Positions 58,449 to 64,000 of a stretch of DNA of 64,000 bases are shown piece after piece. Location of the stretch: NCBI GenBank assembly GCA_963813635.1, contig CAWEZO010000011.1, positions 15,941 through 79,940 on the forward strand. The letters are read 5' to 3'. This DNA comes from an uncultured Actinomycetes bacterium. Lineage in GTDB: Bacteria > Actinomycetota > Acidimicrobiia > IMCC26256 > JBBRZM01. The translations under genes were made by a program, and so were the position numbers. Within the stretch, counting starts at the first letter, position 1, and every line of letters starts with the position of its first letter. The notes beneath the pieces are model-generated. The model was given only the letters and a program-made list of their open reading frames with translations, searched no databases and was not told where the DNA came from.

Positions 58449-58862
58449 GTGCACACTGGACACACTCCGGCGATGCCGGCGGCGACGAGGGCAAAGACGG
58501 CGATCGACTTGCGGCTGCTGCGCCCGGTCGCGGCCCTCATGCTCGGTGCGGCGATCGTGAGACCGATGATTCCGCACCAGCCGGGACTGCCCTGCCCGCT
58601 GCGCACGCTCACCGGCGTGCCGTGCCCGATGTGTGGCATGACCCGCAGCGTGACCTCGGCGGTGCACTTCGACTGGGTGGCGTCGTTGCGGTACAGCCCC
58701 GGAGGCGTGCTCGTCGTGCTCTTCGCGGTGGTCCTGCTTGCAACGTGGCTCGCCGGATGGCGACCGCAGCGCATATCCATTCCCGCGTGGGTGCTGCCCG
58801 CAATACTTGGCGTGCTCTGGAGCTACCAGCTCTTCAAGTACTCGACCGGACGACCGCTCTGA
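58449..58862 (+). CDS. DUF2752-family membrane protein
   Basis: 137-aa ORF with the hallmark CPLRTLTGVPCPMCGMTRS. Confidence 0.75.
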   Translation: MHTGHTPAMPAATRAKTAIDLRLLRPVAALMLGAAIVRPMIPHQPGLPCPLRTLTGVPCPMCGMTRSVTSAVHFDWVASLRYSPGGVLVVLFAVVLLATWLAGWRPQRISIPAWVLPAILGVLWSYQLFKYSTGRPL

Positions 58863-58909
58863 CGCGCGTCGCCTGACGGGAAGCTCGTCTGACAGGGAAG
58901 GGAGCCCCC

Positions 58910-59431
58910 ATGTCACAAGTGCCGCCACCTCCGCCACCTCCGCCACCTCCGCCGCCTCCGCCACCACCACCCGGCGGATACATGCCGCCCGGGCAGCCGA
59001 TGCGGCCCGTGGGCCCATCAGGTCCGCGGGCCGGTTTCTGGATCCGGTTCGTGGGACTGCTCATCGACGGCTTCATCACGTCGATCCCGGGATGGCTCGT
59101 CGGCGTGGCATCAGGGTCGACCTTCGGCGTCTACGGGATCAGCTCGCTCGTGGGCCTCGCCTACTCGGTGTACTTCATCGGGAGCCCGAGCGGTCAGACG
59201 ATCGGGATGAAAGCGATGAGCATCCGCGCGATCGACGCGCAGACCGGCGGGCAGGTCGACTACAGCAAGGCCTTCATCCGCTGGCTGGTGGCGCTCGTGT
59301 CAGGTCTTGCTTGCGGGCTCGGTTACCTCTGGATGTTGTGGGATCCCGAGAAGCAGACGTGGCAGGACAAGGTCGCCGGCACGTTCGTGGTGCCGACGAG
59401 CGCATACCCCGTGGCGAACTGGCCGGGTTGA
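58910..59431 (+). CDS. RDD-family membrane protein with an N-terminal run of 17 prolines
   Basis: 173-aa ORF. MSQV-P17-GGYMPPGQPMRP, FWIRFVGLLIDGFI, SGQTIGMKAMSIRAI, LWDPEKQTWQDKVAGTFVV. Confidence 0.8.
   Translation: MSQVPPPPPPPPPPPPPPPPPGGYMPPGQPMRPVGPSGPRAGFWIRFVGLLIDGFITSIPGWLVGVASGSTFGVYGISSLVGLAYSVYFIGSPSGQTIGMKAMSIRAIDAQTGGQVDYSKAFIRWLVALVSGLACGLGYLWMLWDPEKQTWQDKVAGTFVVPTSAYPVANWPG
58922..58972. repeat. Pro-codon microsatellite: (CCGCCACCT)x3 followed by degenerate CCN codons
   Basis: 17 consecutive CCN codons, read directly from the sequence. Confidence 0.95.
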
Positions 59432-59449
59432 GCAACCGTGTGACCATGC

Positions 59450-59478
59450 AAAAGCGGCGGCCCGTCGGGCCGCCGCTT
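59450..59478. terminator. Canonical bidirectional intrinsic terminator
   Basis: AAAGCGGCGGCCC-gtc-GGGCCGCCGCTTT, a 13-bp perfect stem with A/T tracts on both sides, between convergent genes ending at 59431 and 59498. Confidence 0.8.
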
Positions 59479-59497
59479 TGCGTTGCGTGAGAATCGG

Positions 59498-59902
59498 TTA
59501 CGCCGGCCAGACCGCGCCGCGGCGCTTCCAGTATTCGTTGAGGGCGTTCTGCACTTTGACGACCCAGATGATGAAGCCGACCAACGGGATCAAGTTCCAG
59601 AACCCGGTGACGCCTCGTACCGGCTTCTCCTGGCCGGCGCGCTCATACATGTTGCCGACCTCGGACGGGATCAGGAACCAGTTGACGACCCCGATGATGA
59701 TCCCGATCACCAGCCCGACGACGCCGCCGACGCCCTCGCCGCTGTGGTCCTTCATCTCTTGGAACACTTTGTACGTCCAGTACAGGAAGTAGATCCCGCA
59801 CGTGACGAGCGACAGCAGGATCACGGTCACCGGTGAACGAAGCGTGCCGACCGCGCCGTAGGGCGCTGGTGCCGCGGCTGGCGGCGGTGGTGTTGTGGCC
59901 AT
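59498..59902 (-). CDS. DUF4234-family small membrane protein with Pro-rich N-terminus
   Basis: Start set to ATG 59902 (GGAG about 5 nt upstream). MATTPPPPAAAPAPYGAVGTLRSPV..., CGIYFLYWTYKVFQEMKDH. Confidence 0.7.
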   Translation of the reverse strand: MATTPPPPAAAPAPYGAVGTLRSPVTVILLSLVTCGIYFLYWTYKVFQEMKDHSGEGVGGVVGLVIGIIIGVVNWFLIPSEVGNMYERAGQEKPVRGVTGFWNLIPLVGFIIWVVKVQNALNEYWKRRGAVWPA

Positions 59903-59915
59903 CGGGGCTCCAATC

Positions 59916-60015
59916 GTGTGTGCGCCGCCGGTTGGCGGACGTGTGTGCGCCGCCGGTTGGCGGACGTGTGTGCGCCGCCGGTTGGCGGACGTGTGTGCGC
60001 CGCCAGTTGGCGACA
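59916..60015. repeat. Four tandem copies of a 25-nt unit, each containing a CCGCC-GGTT-GGCGG hairpin
   Basis: GTGTGTGCGCCGCCGGTTGGCGGAC at 59916-59940, 59941-59965 and 59966-59990 are identical. 59991-60015 has 2 changes. Lies in the divergent region between the DUF4234 gene and metY. Confidence 0.95.
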
Positions 60016-60023
60016 AACCGCTA

Positions 60024-60053
60024 TTGACCGGTTGGGAGTCTCGCACTTACGGT
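60024..60053 (+). promoter_or_regulatory. Candidate sigmaA promoter for metY-metX (TTGACC-18 nt-TACGGT)
   Basis: TTGACC at 60024-60029 and TAnnnT-type TACGGT at 60048-60053. This would give a leader of about 40 nt ending in GAGGAGGG before ATG 60100. Confidence 0.35.
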
Positions 60054-60066
60054 CAACCCGTGCTGA

Positions 60067-62542
<2,476 letters not shown>

Positions 62543-62572
62543 CCGTCGCTCGTCACCGTCGCGCGGCAGCGC

Positions 62573-63182
62573 TCAGGTACCGACTTCCCGACGGCCCTCG
62601 AGCGCGCGGCCGAGCGTGACCTCGTCGGCGTACTCGAGGTCGCCGCCGACCGGCAGGCCGCTGGCGATGCGCGTCACTTTGACGTCCAGCGGCTCCAGGA
62701 GACGCGCGAGATACATCGCGGTGGCTTCCCCCTCGATGTTGGGGTTGGTCGCGAGGATCACCTCGGCGACACCCTCGTCGGCGATGCGCACGAGCAACTC
62801 CCGGATGCGGAGCTGTTCCGGCCCGACGCCTTCGATCGGAGAGATCGCTCCCTGCAACACGTGATACCGACCCTTGAACTCCTGCGTGCGCTCCACCGCG
62901 ACGATGTCGCGCGGTTCCTCGACGACACAGAGCAGCGACGCGTCACGCCGTTCGTCGCGGCAGTACGCGCAGAGCTCGCCTTCGGCGATGTTGAAGCACC
63001 GGGTACACCAGGCAATGCGCGCCTTGGCTTCTGTTATCGCGTGCCGCGAGTCGATTTGCATCTTCGGACGCGGACTTCAAGATGTAGAACGCGATGCGCT
63101 GCGCCGACTTCGGCCCGACGCCGGGAAGGCGCCCGAGCTCGTCGATCAGCTTCTGGACAGGCCCTTCGTAGGTTGCGCTCAC
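62573..63182 (-). CDS. recR: Recombination protein RecR; apparent frameshift near 63038-63046
   Basis: The N-terminus in ORF 62943..63182 ([31 protein letters not shown]) continues as [27 protein letters not shown] (Zn finger) plus the Toprim domain in ORF 62573..63061. Confidence 0.9.
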
Positions 63183-63193
63183 GGATCGACGCG

Positions 63194-63526
63194 CTAGCCG
63201 AGCATTCCGCCGAGACCACCGAGGTCGAGCCCGGCGGTCAGCGGTCCCATGCGCTCGGCCTGGAGTGCCTGCGCGCTCCGCATCGCCTCGGTGACCGCCG
63301 CAACCACGAGATCTTCGAGCATCTCGACGTCGTCGGGATCGACGACCTCCGGCGCGAGCTTCACCGACTGCAGCTCTCCCGTGCCGGTAACCACCGCGCT
63401 CACGACCCCGCCGCCAACCGAGGCTTCGACGGTCTCGGTTGCGAGCGAAGCTTGCGCGGCAGCCATATCGGCCTGCATCTTCTGCATCTGCTGCATCATC
63501 TGATTGAGCTGCTTCTGGCTGGGCAC
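63194..63526 (-). CDS. YbaB/EbfC-family nucleoid-associated protein
   Basis: 110-aa [21 protein letters not shown]...[38 protein letters not shown]. Classic dnaX-ybaB-recR order. Confidence 0.9.
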   Translation of the reverse strand: MPSQKQLNQMMQQMQKMQADMAAAQASLATETVEASVGGGVVSAVVTGTGELQSVKLAPEVVDPDDVEMLEDLVVAAVTEAMRSAQALQAERMGPLTAGLDLGGLGGMLG

Positions 63527-63543
63527 GATCGGCTCCTCACGCG

Positions 63544-64000
63544 CTAGTCGCGCGGACGTTCCTCGACCACGCTGGCCCCGAACTGGTCTTCGAGCATGCT
63601 CACCGAATCTACCGCCCGCTCTGCCGCGGGCAGGTCGACCAGATCCGCCGGATCGCCGAGCTCCTCGTCGTCAACGACGCTGAGGGCGGGCGGGGGCCAC
63701 GACGATTCCGACGAGCTCGACGGCACGACGTCGCGCGACATGTCTGCCGGCACCGCGAAGTCGTGCGCGACCAGGGTGAAGCGCAAGCTTCGGCCGAGCC
63801 GTCCCGACAATGCTTCTCGGATCGCCTCGGCGTTGCGCTTGAAGCGCGGCTTCGCGACCTCGACGAGTCGCGGCGGAACGCCGAACACGATCACGTCGGC
63901 GTCGACCGAGAGCGGCTGCGCCTCCTGCACTGCACTGCGCGTCGCGACCGGGAGCTCGGGCAGTGTCGCAGCCCACGCGAGGATCACGTCGTCGAGCACG
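63544..64000 (-). CDS. dnaX: DNA polymerase III gamma/tau subunit, C-terminal part (gene continues beyond the window)
   Basis: The open frame runs to the window edge. Assignment rests mainly on the conserved position upstream of ybaB-recR and on the acidic, low-complexity tail typical of actinobacterial tau. Confidence 0.6.
   Translation of the reverse strand, partial: VLDDVILAWAATLPELPVATRSAVQEAQPLSVDADVIVFGVPPRLVEVAKPRFKRNAEAIREALSGRLGRSLRFTLVAHDFAVPADMSRDVVPSSSSESSWPPPALSVVDDEELGDPADLVDLPAAERAVDSVSMLEDQFGASVVEERPRD

Noticed and set aside
58834-59079. Minus-strand ORF encoding a poly-glycine run
   Set aside because: It is the reverse complement of the poly-proline tract of the RDD gene. 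It has no RBS or other protein-like features.
59916-60015. CRISPR array
   Set aside because: The repeats are directly abutting with no spacers, the unit is only 25 nt, and no cas genes are in the window.

Overview
Very GC-rich (about 70% by eye) actinobacterial-type core chromosome, densely coded on both strands. It holds about 60 protein genes and two tRNAs (tRNA-Sec, tRNA-Pro). There is no rRNA, no CRISPR and no intact mobile element, only one integrase stump. Left to right: Tad-type pilus/ssd locus (tadB-cpaF-ssd) with a structured 6C-like leader; HAD hydrolase; tRNA-Sec; scramblase-like gene; sigma-70 factor; EamA transporter; nadE; glnE; GH43-like lipoprotein; CUT2 sugar ABC transporter; integrase remnant; glnA1 <-> glnA2-glnR; a truncated XDH-like 2Fe-2S/Moco fusion, a Tat thioredoxin-like lipoprotein and a Zn-ribbon repeat protein; Fe-S trafficking genes (erpA, ArsR/SufR-like regulator, apbC/mrp); MBL hydrolase; selA-selB; whiB; nfeD; two ArsA/Get3-like ATPases plus a receiver; tRNA-Pro; asd-ask; cyclophilin; an ethylmalonyl-CoA-related block (hbd, meaA/ecm, fadD, accE-pccB, mce-ccr, thiolase); a seven-gene MoxR/DUF58 membrane module; small Pro-rich membrane proteins (DUF2752, RDD, DUF4234); metY-metX; recR-ybaB-dnaX. 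Two observations cut across the window. (i) 13 otherwise well-conserved genes change reading frame once or twice (16 switches), mostly in a way explained by one extra base in a G/C-rich context; this is either assembly indel error or recent pseudogenisation. (ii) From memory, gene content and order resemble the Mycobacterium tuberculosis Rv3654c-Rv3721c neighbourhood, so this is core rather than accessory DNA. The best candidates for undescribed biology are the translationally chained MoxR/DUF58/DUF4350/DUF4129/SpoIIM-like/RDD module, the 6C-like anti-Shine-Dalgarno leader of the ssd-tad operon, a 4 x 25-nt tandem repeat upstream of metY, and a dispersed and possibly eroding selenocysteine machinery. 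All calls rest on reading the translations and sequence by eye; no database search was run.
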